Positions 20,743-30,297 of a stretch of DNA of 64,000 nucleotides are shown here, one piece after another. Below the pieces are notes generated by a model. It worked only from the letters and a program-made list of their open reading frames with translations. It made no database searches and was not told the origin of the DNA. The translations under genes and the position numbers were made by a program. Source of the stretch: Saprospiraceae bacterium (GTDB lineage: Bacteria > Bacteroidota > Bacteroidia > Chitinophagales > Saprospiraceae); contig JAHDEC010000010.1 of the NCBI GenBank assembly GCA_020629035.1, positions 1-64,000 on the forward strand, read 5' to 3'. Position 1 is the first letter of the stretch. Each line of letters begins with the position of its first letter.

Positions 20743-21543
20743 GTTGATTCCGTCGCTTTTAAAGTATCTACGATGTATGCCTGAATGGTATCCAAATTGA
20801 TTACATCATGATAGTCAAATTCTAAATTTTGCGAGTAAATGGAAGCACTCCATCTTTGAAGCCTATTTAATTCGAGATTGGGATTATTAAAAAAGCAGAA
20901 TTTTAGCTTCTTTTAGAGGAAAACCAAAGAGACAATAAGCTCACCTTCTTTATGCCACATTTTTTGATTCCACTTTTGAATAGAGCACAGATACGGAAAT
21001 TCGCTATTGATCATTTGTTCAAAATCTACTTGTATTTGAATTTCAGTATTCACTAATTCAACTTTTTGTGGTTTCCAAAAATAATTTTACATATTATATA
21101 ATTAACACATATGTATTATATTTAAAAGATTAACAACTCATTATATGCATTTTATGTATTCCGATTTTATTATATATGAACAATCTTTAATGCTTATTGG
21201 GTATTAGCTGCATTCTATAAACCACACATTGGTGACACATGAAGCCAACAACTCGATAGTATACATTATAAATTAAACACATGTATAACTTTTTACATAT
21301 ATTACAATTTGTATTTTAATTAATAATAAATATTAATTTATTTATATATGGAAAATTCTTAATGCATAGATACTAACACATATAGAACTTGAAATTCTCC
21401 TCTTTCCAACAAGCCTATTAAACTCTAAATACAACAAACAAAATGCGCATATGTTGATTTTTAGGCAACCTTTTGCGCTTTTTTTCAACCATATAACTAC
21501 AGAAGCAACTTAGCGAACACAAAACGAATGAAACAAATAGAAT

Positions 21544-22161
21544 ATGTTAAACGAAATCATCAGTGCATTGTTCCAACTAATACTATTTAGTGCAATACCC
21601 TTTATCGCCTTACTAATCTCTCATAAAAGTTCGAAAAACTTCTTTAATCACATTGGTTTAATACGCCCAAAGGCTGCGCCAATTAAGTCCGCAATTGTGC
21701 TGAGCTTACTGTATTCCATCCCGCTACTAATCCTATTAACAGCCAACCAATCGGTCCTGGAAATTATGCAATCACCCAGCACTGTAGCTGGCAGAATACG
21801 AGCAACGGGCCTGAACCTACAATCAGTCACAACTTTGCTTATCATCGCCATTTTAAACACCGCCCTAGCCGAAGAGATTTTGTTTAGAGGCTTTATTGCG
21901 AAAAAATTAATAAAGCTATGAGGCCACACAAAGGGGAATATCTTACAAGCTATTGTTTTTGGCTTGGTACATTTGGGTTTAGTCGCTTTAAGCACCCACA
22001 ACATTAGCTTCCTTTGTATCGCATTTATCTTCCCGACATTCATGGCTTACTTTATCACGGAAATAAATGAAAAGCAAGCTAATGGGAGTATAATTCCAGG
22101 TATAATCACCCACGCAATATCCAACATACTAGGCTACACATTCATTGGATACATTTATTAG
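21544..22161 (+). pseudogene. CPBP-family (CAAX/Abi) intramembrane metalloprotease interrupted by one in-frame TGA
   Basis: The reading frame is continuous from 21544 to 22161 except for TGA at 21919-21921. Motif 1 EEILFRGFI lies before the stop and motif 2 FGLVHLG after it. The total length (about 205 aa) fits the family. Confidence 0.6.
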
Positions 22162-22482
22162 AGACCATACGTGACAAACAAAATAATTTGGAGTCTTTTA
22201 CTTTAGCAAACATATTGGCTTCAATGGATCAAATAAAACTCATGATCTTAAACCCCAAAAAGAAGCTTTGAAGCGAGGAATAGGTTCGCAATTTAATTAA
22301 AAGAAAATGCTATCATGAATATTCCCAACAGCATTTTACATATTAAATATTATAATTATATAATATATTTATAATGTATTAAATATTGATTGTCATTATG
22401 CTATACATCTTAAATATTAACATATGTTACTTTATTAATGTAAAGTATGTTTTATTAAATATTACTTATCAAAACATATGGA

Positions 22483-23025
22483 CTACTGCTGAGCTACTAC
22501 TTCCACTTCAAAAACAAGGGGACTATCTGGTGGAATACTATTACCAAACCCTCTTTTACCGTAAGCCAAATGAGAAGGTATTAACAACTTTGATTTTGTT
22601 CCAGTATTAACCTCCATTAACCATTCGTTCCAACCTTGGATCATACGACCTACATTAAATTTGATAGGCTGTCCTCGATCATAACTTGAATCAAACTTAG
22701 TTCCATCTAATAAATAACCTGTATAGTCTGCAGATACCTTTGATCCCATGATAAATGGCTCACCACTACCCGCTTTCTCAGTTGTATAGTATACACCATT
22801 AGGGGTGCGCTTACAGTCAAGGTTATTATCAACTGCATAAGCTATAAGTGTGTTGTTATCCTTATCCTTTAAGGTCTGAGGATTCGACACATAGTGCTGA
22901 TATAAATTGGAAGCAACAATGGCTTTATCTACTTTTTCATCACCAGGTCTAGCTTTAGCATTTGAGCCTGAATTGCAGGCAGCCATACTCAAGCACACTG
23001 CTAATAAAATCATTAGGTTTTTCAT
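22483..23025 (-). CDS. FKBP-type peptidyl-prolyl cis-trans isomerase lipoprotein
   Basis: Lipobox signal MKNLMILLAVCLSMAAC. FKBP core (VSADYTGYLLDGTKFDSSYDRGQPIKFNVG..MIQGWNE...LIPSHLAYG). Confidence 0.8.
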   Translation of the reverse strand: MKNLMILLAVCLSMAACNSGSNAKARPGDEKVDKAIVASNLYQHYVSNPQTLKDKDNNTLIAYAVDNNLDCKRTPNGVYYTTEKAGSGEPFIMGSKVSADYTGYLLDGTKFDSSYDRGQPIKFNVGRMIQGWNEWLMEVNTGTKSKLLIPSHLAYGKRGFGNSIPPDSPLVFEVEVVAQQ

Positions 23026-23036
23026 AGTATTTTGTT

Positions 23037-23843
23037 TTATGTATTTGCAACTTTCATCATCGTATCTTCTACTTGATGAACTAATTCTGTATATCTAGGA
23101 TCTCGTTTGATATCCTTATTTCTAATAATTGGTAAATCTATATCGATGTGCTCTACAAATCTTGATGGAGCATATTTCATGATGTAAATATCATCAGCTA
23201 GGTAAACAGCTTCTGCAATATCATGAGTCACAAAAACAATCGTGGACTGAAATTTATGCCAGATGCTTGTTAGTAATTCTTGCATTTGCAATCTTGTCCT
23301 TATATCTAAGGCTCCAAAAGGTTCGTCCATTAACAAAATACTAGGATTTGCTAACAGACTTCGAGCAATTGCCACCCGTTGCAATTGTCCACCTGATAAA
23401 CTTGGATACTGAGCATATTTATGTTGATGTCCATCTAATCCCACTAATTTCACCAGCTCCATTGCTTGCTCATCACGATCTCTTTTACTCACTCCTTTGT
23501 ACCGCAGTGCAAGACCTACATTATCTAATACAGTCATCCAAGGTAATGACGAGTATTGCTGAAAAACCATACTCACTCTTCGATTTTTCGAAACTGGTTT
23601 TCCTTCGATAAGCACTTTTCCTTCAGTAGGGCTTTGCAAACCTGCCATATACCTGAGCAAGGTTGATTTTCCGCAACCCGACATCCCAAGAATAACCACA
23701 AATTGACCTTGATTAGGTTTGTCCTCGATGATAAAATCTAAATCCTTAATGATCCAATTTTCTCCACCGTCATAGCTTTGACCAGCACCTCTTATTTCGA
23801 TTATATTGTTCTGATTTGGATCGTCAATAAATAACTTCATCAA
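23037..23843 (-). CDS. ABC transporter ATP-binding protein (NitT/TauT-type)
   Basis: Walker A GMSGCGKST, ABC signature LSGGQLQRVAIARSL, Walker B LLMDEPFGALD. Confidence 0.85.
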   Translation of the reverse strand: MMKLFIDDPNQNNIIEIRGAGQSYDGGENWIIKDLDFIIEDKPNQGQFVVILGMSGCGKSTLLRYMAGLQSPTEGKVLIEGKPVSKNRRVSMVFQQYSSLPWMTVLDNVGLALRYKGVSKRDRDEQAMELVKLVGLDGHQHKYAQYPSLSGGQLQRVAIARSLLANPSILLMDEPFGALDIRTRLQMQELLTSIWHKFQSTIVFVTHDIAEAVYLADDIYIMKYAPSRFVEHIDIDLPIIRNKDIKRDPRYTELVHQVEDTMMKVANT

Positions 23844-24892
23844 TACAACGGCTTTGGTTTAACTAATTGGTAAATCTGATAAGCTATAATGGTTAAGAAG
23901 AGTAAATGGATGGTCCAACAAGTATCTTGAAAGAAATAATCTAAAATTTTGACATCTGAAATTATCCCAGTAAACTCATTAATGGCAACTAAAAGGTAGA
24001 CTCCTAAAATGGCCCACATAAATATCTTTCCGGCAAAACCCAATAACAGCTTTGCTGAATCAGGAATCGTAAATAGTTTTTTAGGTTTCTCTTTTTGTTG
24101 ATACTTAAACGGAAAAAATTTCCTATCCAATAAAACAAATAAGCGATCTTGAATTATACCAATCAAAATAAATAGCAATAGAATGGCAAATACCTTATCA
24201 GGCCTGCCTTGTCGCTTACCTATGAAAAAGATTAGCGAGCCAAGTCCTCCTTGATTAGCAATTCCTTCCGCAACTATTATGTAGGTCCATGATATTGCGG
24301 TTAGCACACGGATATCATCAGAAAGTTTGGATAAAACACTTGGAATATAAACCGTTATTATAGTATCCCATGCATTAGCCCCAATCGTGTAAACAGTTTT
24401 TAAATAGACATCCTTTACTTCATCAACACGTTGAATAATGATGGGAATCAAATAAATCATGATTCCAAAAGCTAAAAAATTAATTTTCATCCCAGACCCT
24501 ATCCCAAAGGCCACAATAAAAAGACCTGTAATGGCTGTAATTGGAATAAATCTAATCCCATCGACTGGGCGCTGATAACTAGCCCTTAAGATTGGAAATA
24601 AACCAATACAAAAACCAATGGGTATAGAAATAAGTAGGGCCTTGATATAACCTCCAAAGTTAAAACCGAGGGACAAGCATATATTTCGGATTAGATCATT
24701 TTCCACAAACATCTCACCAAAAGCACTAAAAACTTTGAACGGTGCAGGCAAAATACTAGGAGGCATAACTGGAGCATTACCCACAGTCAATAAAACCCAA
24801 AATAACAGGATAGACAAGAACCCAAGTATGCCAAAAATCATACTTTGCAAGGGGCTAATTGGCCCTCTCAGCTTAAACATCCATTCGAACAA
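23840..24892 (-). CDS. ABC transporter permease (binding-protein-dependent inner-membrane component)
   Basis: Multi-TM protein whose stop and start overlap the ATPase gene by 4 bp. Topology is typical of a NitT/TauT permease. Confidence 0.7.
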   Translation of the reverse strand: MFEWMFKLRGPISPLQSMIFGILGFLSILLFWVLLTVGNAPVMPPSILPAPFKVFSAFGEMFVENDLIRNICLSLGFNFGGYIKALLISIPIGFCIGLFPILRASYQRPVDGIRFIPITAITGLFIVAFGIGSGMKINFLAFGIMIYLIPIIIQRVDEVKDVYLKTVYTIGANAWDTIITVYIPSVLSKLSDDIRVLTAISWTYIIVAEGIANQGGLGSLIFFIGKRQGRPDKVFAILLLFILIGIIQDRLFVLLDRKFFPFKYQQKEKPKKLFTIPDSAKLLLGFAGKIFMWAILGVYLLVAINEFTGIISDVKILDYFFQDTCWTIHLLFLTIIAYQIYQLVKPKPLY

Positions 24893-24909
24893 TACGCTTG
24901 TCTTTTATC

Positions 24910-26556
24910 TTAATTAGCTATAATCTGAAATTCAGTTCTTCTGTTTTTACTCTTACACTCATCTGTTGCATTGGTCTCACAACCCTTAACTGGTTTATCT
25001 GGACCATTACCGATAATGACAAATTTATTAGCTGCCATTCCGTATGCCTTCTCTAAATAATTAGCCACAGACTTTGCACGCTTTTCTGAAAGTGACATAT
25101 TCATGGCTCTGCCACCTACATTGTCTGTGTTACCTTCTACTCTTATTCTAGAATTAGCAAAAGACTTTGCAACATCAGCAAATTGAAAATCAATGATAGT
25201 TTTGGCATTTTCTGTTAGCTCAAATTGTCCAGAAGGAAAGTTTATACTCACTGGCTTCACTGCTATTGGCGCAGATTTCTTTACGGTTTCGGTTGCAGGT
25301 GTAAATGCTTTCGATTTTTCAGCTCCATATTTTGCTCCTGTCAATTTGCTATCTGCTGCTTGCATAGAACCTGTATTGATTACTGTTCTCCAGCTCGGTG
25401 CTTCATTTTCTGCATCTCCAGTTTTTACAAAATTCTTAGACATCTTAGCATATAAATCTTGACCTTTCTGCCCTTTATAATCATTATTCAATCCGAAGAA
25501 ATTCATATTATCGCCATGGCCTGTCCAGTGAACCACAGACATCATACCTTTAGCATCATCTACCGATACACCGTTTAATTCTGCCAAATATTTTGCGGCT
25601 TTGGTTTGATTAGATGGATTCTTCATCTCGGCAACCCCTTTCATCCAACCTTCATAAAACGCATCAAACATTTTACGCTTGTTATTAATCACATCTTCTT
25701 TTGCTAGCATAATATCTGCAATTACATGTGATTGATTTTCAGTTGTTAATAAGATCTTTGAGCCTTGGACATCTCTCGTTGCTAAGATATCATCTGGACT
25801 CCATACCACTGCTGCATCCACATCTTTAGACGATCTAAATAATTCTGCTGCTTTTAAATTATCGGTGGTTTTAATAACCTTTACGTCATCATAGTTTAAT
25901 CCTGCAGCCTCTAAAGACGTTATTAGTAAGGTCTGAGCAGGCGAAGGAACCGCTACGGCAATGGTCTTGCCTTTTAAATCATTGATGGTGTTAATTCCTC
26001 TCTTGACAATAATGGCATCACCCCCTCTTGACCAATCCACTTGAATAAATGCCTTTGGTTTTAATGCATTAATTTCTGCGGGAGCAGTATATAGTGGAAA
26101 TGCATCCGCTGTCTGTACAATGATATCATACTCATCAGCGATCCAAGCATCCATGGCATTCAGCAAATCATTTTCCAACCTGAAATCTACTTTGATTCCA
26201 TAATCTTTATAGAAACGACTTCGCTCGTTGGCCTGAGCTCCTTCATTAAAATACAAACCTGGTGCATAACCACCCCAAGAAACTAGTTGAACTTTTAGTG
26301 TGTTTTCATCATCCTGGCTATTGTTATTGGATCTCGCGTTGTTTTTAGATGAATTGTTTTGCTGTTTTGCAGTAGCATCATTACTGCTAGAAGAGGACCC
26401 ATTATCACCTGCACTTTGAGCTGTTTCTTCAGCTTTATCTTTTATAGTAGAACCCAATGCTGTATTATCTAAGACCCATTTACCTGCAAAAAATATGACA
26501 GCTAAAATAAGTAAGGTAATGAGCAACTTTGAAAAGGTTGTTAATCTTCTTGCCAT
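24910..26556 (-). CDS. ABC substrate-binding protein (NMT1/SsuA-like) fused to a C-terminal OmpA/MotB peptidoglycan-binding domain
   Basis: N-terminal anchor, S/N-rich linker and a periplasmic binding-protein-like core. The C-terminus (FPSGQFEL...NTDNVGGRAMNMSLSEKRAKSVANYL...NRRTEFQI) is a classic OmpA_C-like domain. Confidence 0.6.
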   Translation of the reverse strand: MARRLTTFSKLLITLLILAVIFFAGKWVLDNTALGSTIKDKAEETAQSAGDNGSSSSSNDATAKQQNNSSKNNARSNNNSQDDENTLKVQLVSWGGYAPGLYFNEGAQANERSRFYKDYGIKVDFRLENDLLNAMDAWIADEYDIIVQTADAFPLYTAPAEINALKPKAFIQVDWSRGGDAIIVKRGINTINDLKGKTIAVAVPSPAQTLLITSLEAAGLNYDDVKVIKTTDNLKAAELFRSSKDVDAAVVWSPDDILATRDVQGSKILLTTENQSHVIADIMLAKEDVINNKRKMFDAFYEGWMKGVAEMKNPSNQTKAAKYLAELNGVSVDDAKGMMSVVHWTGHGDNMNFFGLNNDYKGQKGQDLYAKMSKNFVKTGDAENEAPSWRTVINTGSMQAADSKLTGAKYGAEKSKAFTPATETVKKSAPIAVKPVSINFPSGQFELTENAKTIIDFQFADVAKSFANSRIRVEGNTDNVGGRAMNMSLSEKRAKSVANYLEKAYGMAANKFVIIGNGPDKPVKGCETNATDECKSKNRRTEFQIIAN

Positions 26557-26608
26557 GGTTTTAAGTTTGTATTATAGTTGAATTGTTGTTTTGAAATTGG
26601 TTTGTATA

Positions 26609-27625
26609 TTATTCGTCAAAATAATTATCGTATTCATTATCGCTAGCCTCTAGCTTCTCTTTTGGTGCCTCATTAAGATCAAGCACATCATTGGTCATCA
26701 CATCATTCAGAATGTTTTCTTTGGCATCTCCTAGAAGTAAGGAGTCTGCCTCTGCTTCCCACTTTTCTAACATTTTAAGCCCTTTCTCTTCAAATATTCC
26801 ATTTTGCAAGTCCATAGACTTCATAAATTCTTCAGAAACATCCATAAATCGCTCCATCTCTCCCACTTTACTACTTACATCTTCCGCCATAGCTTCCATT
26901 GCTTGATCAAAAACAGCTTTTTTGTCCTTATCTCCTTTTATGATATTCATGGCTGATCTCATAGCACTATGACTCGCAAGAATAGCTTTCTGCTCTTGTT
27001 CCTTAATTTTTACTTGATCCTCGATATCTTCTGCTAAAATCGCAGAGTTTTCACGCATCTTATTTAAAACTCGGTGCAACACTTCCATTTGCTTAAGCAG
27101 ATCTTCTAGCTTCACATTCGATTCCTTTAATCGACCTGCTTTTCTAGATTTAAGAATCATAACCGATTGGTTATTGGTTTGTTTTGCTTGACTTGCTAAT
27201 TTCATATTTTGCTGAATCTGCATTCTATTTTTATGGACCATCTCCATTAAAACATGTTTTTGCGTTCTCAGCTTACCCATCTGACGGGTCATTTTCTTCA
27301 AATTGTACTTTAGATCTTCTACGTAGTTTTTCAATATTGCGATAGGATTCATTTGGACAAAAATCCCTGTGATCCAACGCATCGTACTTTTAAATAAGTA
27401 GCCAACTAACTTACGAGCTTTTGAGTCCAATGCCATAAAAACTAGGACACCCAGAGCAGCCAAACTAACATACATGCCTATCCCTGAGGTAGCAGCAGCT
27501 ACTAAACCTGCACCTAGAATCCATACCAAATAGGCTCCCAAACCTAGAGCACCAGCTATTACGATACCTCCAGTTACTCCTTCTGGTTTAGACCAAAATG
27601 ATTTTCCTTTAGAATTTTTTGCCAT
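26609..27625 (-). CDS. Membrane-anchored PspA/IM30-like coiled-coil protein
   Basis: Two N-terminal TM helices, then a long heptad-rich region (ILKNYVEDLKYNLKKMTRQMGKL...) with PspA-like periodicity. Confidence 0.35.
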   Translation of the reverse strand: MAKNSKGKSFWSKPEGVTGGIVIAGALGLGAYLVWILGAGLVAAATSGIGMYVSLAALGVLVFMALDSKARKLVGYLFKSTMRWITGIFVQMNPIAILKNYVEDLKYNLKKMTRQMGKLRTQKHVLMEMVHKNRMQIQQNMKLASQAKQTNNQSVMILKSRKAGRLKESNVKLEDLLKQMEVLHRVLNKMRENSAILAEDIEDQVKIKEQEQKAILASHSAMRSAMNIIKGDKDKKAVFDQAMEAMAEDVSSKVGEMERFMDVSEEFMKSMDLQNGIFEEKGLKMLEKWEAEADSLLLGDAKENILNDVMTNDVLDLNEAPKEKLEASDNEYDNYFDE

Positions 27626-27748
27626 GTCTTAGCTTAAATATTGAATTGGTTTAAGAAGCCAAATTACAAATAAAATGCTGGATGACATTAAAGAATTCCG
27701 CTATACTTGATTTTTCGATTAACTAATGATAATTAACGTCTAAAATAG

Positions 27749-28471
27749 CTACTTCAGGTATTTTTGCATGGCTTGGACGTCAGCTTTGATTTGATCTACA
27801 ACACTGTGGTAGGCATTATAAAAACCTTGCTTGGTTGCCTGTACTTTTGCATTGGCTTGATTAGCATCATTTTTCACAGAACTAAGCTCTGATTCGAGTT
27901 TTGCAATCTCTTTTTTCAGTTGCTCTATCTGTGCTGTTTTTTGCTTGATTTGGTCTTCGGAGGTCTTTATTTTTTCTTCTCTAAAACTTACCTGTTTAGA
28001 TTCCTGGGCTTTAAATGCTACTTCAAATTTTTGTTGCTCCTCCTTTAAGATATTTAGATAATGCTGAGCGGCATCAAATATTTTATTTTCATTTGCCCCC
28101 ATTGTTTTTGCCATGGCCATTGCGGATTGATAGCGAGTTGCTTCATCCATATCTACTTTGCTTAAAGACTGCAATGATTGCTTGTATTCTAAATAGTCAA
28201 ACCCTTCCAAGTTATTTGATTCAATGGCTCCTAGTAATTTGTCTACAAATTTTTCATTGGGCTTTCCGGAGGCTGCTAAAATAGGTGCTTCTTTGCTTGG
28301 GGCACTGCTTGCCGGCTTAGCTGTTGATGCAGAGGCTTGTTTTTGTTCAGATTGCTTAATGGCACGCTCTAGATCACTTAAATTGGCTTCTTTAGGTGAT
28401 GATTTACCAGACTTCCCTTTGGTATCGCCACCTTCTTCCACAATAAATAGAGACTTTAATTTTTTAAGCAT
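27749..28471 (-). CDS. Hypothetical coiled-coil protein
   Basis: K/S/A-rich N-terminus and a C-terminal coiled coil. No catalytic motif. Confidence 0.4.
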   Translation of the reverse strand: MLKKLKSLFIVEEGGDTKGKSGKSSPKEANLSDLERAIKQSEQKQASASTAKPASSAPSKEAPILAASGKPNEKFVDKLLGAIESNNLEGFDYLEYKQSLQSLSKVDMDEATRYQSAMAMAKTMGANENKIFDAAQHYLNILKEEQQKFEVAFKAQESKQVSFREEKIKTSEDQIKQKTAQIEQLKKEIAKLESELSSVKNDANQANAKVQATKQGFYNAYHSVVDQIKADVQAMQKYLK

Positions 28472-28622
28472 AATCCTGTTATCTGTTTTTTACAATCTTG
28501 AAACAAAGCTACATTCAAGCTTGTTCATTTTTATGAGATAAGCTAAAATAGAAAAGATATTTTTGATGTCAACTTTCTGCGAATCTTCATTTTATATATT
28601 TGTGATAATAAAGTCCAATTAA

Positions 28623-29873
28623 ATGATACAAGTTTCTTCAGAAATAGGTCCTCTAAAAAAAGTTATTGTTCATAAGCCAGATATAGGCATTCAGCGTATT
28701 TCGCCAAAGCGTGCGGAAGAATTGCTCTTTGACGATATCGTTTACTACCCTAAAATGGTGGAGGAACATAATGTATTTACGCAAGTTTTAGAGTCAGCCA
28801 TTGCTAAAGAAAATGTTATCCGGATCGAAGATTTACTAAAAGAAAGTCTGGCAACGGATAGTCCCTTAAAAAGGGAATTAATAACGAAGGTCGTTTTTGA
28901 AGAAGAACTACCAAAATCACTGATCGATACATTGGCCAATAAAGATGCTGAATCATTAGCCTCCGTTTTAATTACAGGCATAGATACTAGCAATCAGCAT
29001 GTCCTTTTCGATCCGATCCCCAATTTTATTTTCACGCGAGATATTGCGGTGAGTATAAAAGATCATTTATTAATCACCAAGGCCGCTAAAACAGCTCGCC
29101 AACGAGAGAATTTAATTACCAGGTACATTTTCCATGCTCACCCAATGTTTAAAAACCTTGTGAGTGAACATAAGATAATTAACCTAAATAATCTGGAAGC
29201 ATTCCCTCCTTCTCCCAACGGAGAAAAGGTGTCTATAGAAGGTGGTGACGTCATGATGTTTCACAACGATTTCTTGTTGGTTGGTTGTAGTGAACGAAGT
29301 ACATCGCATGGTTTTGATCTTTTAAAAGAAAGAATCTTTAAGGATAAGGTTTTAAATCATGTGGTGAAAATCATTATACCTAATGATCGCTCTTGCATGC
29401 ACATTGACACCCTATTTACTCGCATTGATCAGCTAGATATTGTATGCTATAAACCTATTGTTTACGATGGTTTGAGTTCCAATGTCGAGGTTCATAGTTC
29501 AGATGGTTCCATAAGAACCTATTCTTCCGTTAAGGACTTTATACATGCGGAAATTGATGAAAAGATGAATTTTATTTTTTCTGGTGATGGAGTTTCCCCT
29601 TTTCAAGAAAGAGAACAATGGACCGATGGCTGCAACCTAGTCGCATTAAAGCCAGGAATTGCCTTAAGTTATGAGCGAAACCCAAAAACCTTAGCCGCTT
29701 TTGAGCAGAATGGCTACTCCATTATGGAAGCAAAAGACTTCATTCATGAGTGTACTAATGATGCTCAATTTTTCGAGCATTTGCAAAAAACGATCATCAC
29801 TTTACCATCCTCTGAATTATCTAGAGCTAGAGGTGGATCTCATTGTATGACTTGTCCCATAGTTAGGAGTTAA
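28623..29873 (+). CDS. arcA: Arginine deiminase
   Basis: N-terminus SEIGPLKKVIVHKPD...ELLFDDI and C-terminal catalytic-Cys motif GGSHCMTCPIVR match ArcA (amidinotransferase superfamily). Confidence 0.75.
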   Translation: MIQVSSEIGPLKKVIVHKPDIGIQRISPKRAEELLFDDIVYYPKMVEEHNVFTQVLESAIAKENVIRIEDLLKESLATDSPLKRELITKVVFEEELPKSLIDTLANKDAESLASVLITGIDTSNQHVLFDPIPNFIFTRDIAVSIKDHLLITKAAKTARQRENLITRYIFHAHPMFKNLVSEHKIINLNNLEAFPPSPNGEKVSIEGGDVMMFHNDFLLVGCSERSTSHGFDLLKERIFKDKVLNHVVKIIIPNDRSCMHIDTLFTRIDQLDIVCYKPIVYDGLSSNVEVHSSDGSIRTYSSVKDFIHAEIDEKMNFIFSGDGVSPFQEREQWTDGCNLVALKPGIALSYERNPKTLAAFEQNGYSIMEAKDFIHECTNDAQFFEHLQKTIITLPSSELSRARGGSHCMTCPIVRS

Positions 29874-29877
29874 GCCT

Positions 29878-30297
29878 ATGTATACATTTGATTTCCATAA
29901 ACGAGTGCGCTATGCAGAAACAGATAAAATGGGATATTTGTATTATGGAAACTATCCTAAATACTTTGAAATAGGTCGTGTAGAAACCATTCGGTCATTA
30001 GGCTTTGATTATAAAGATTTTGAAGATGTACATGGGATTATGTTACCTGTTGTGGGATTGGAAGTAAAATATCTTGAGCCAGCATACTATGATGATTTAC
30101 TAACCATTCGATCATCTTTACAAACTATGCCCGGTAAAATGATTAGCTTCCATCATGAAATCTTAAGGCCTGATGGAGTCATTATTAATAAAGCCACTGT
30201 AAAGTTGTTTTTTGTAGACGTGCAGACTAATAAGCGAGTATCAGCACCTACCTTTATGGTGGATGCGTTAAAATCACACTTTGACCAAGAAAACTAA
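29878..30297 (+). CDS. Acyl-CoA thioesterase, YbgC/4HBT hotdog-fold family
   Basis: 139 aa. FHKRVRYAETDKMGYLYYGNY is the N-terminal catalytic-Asp region of 4HBT-type thioesterases. Confidence 0.7.
   Translation: MYTFDFHKRVRYAETDKMGYLYYGNYPKYFEIGRVETIRSLGFDYKDFEDVHGIMLPVVGLEVKYLEPAYYDDLLTIRSSLQTMPGKMISFHHEILRPDGVIINKATVKLFFVDVQTNKRVSAPTFMVDALKSHFDQEN

Noticed and set aside
21919-21921. TGA as a selenocysteine codon in the CPBP protease
   Set aside because: No SECIS-like hairpin directly downstream and no selA, selB or selD genes in the window. CPBP proteases are not known selenoproteins. Kept only as a remote alternative in the finding.
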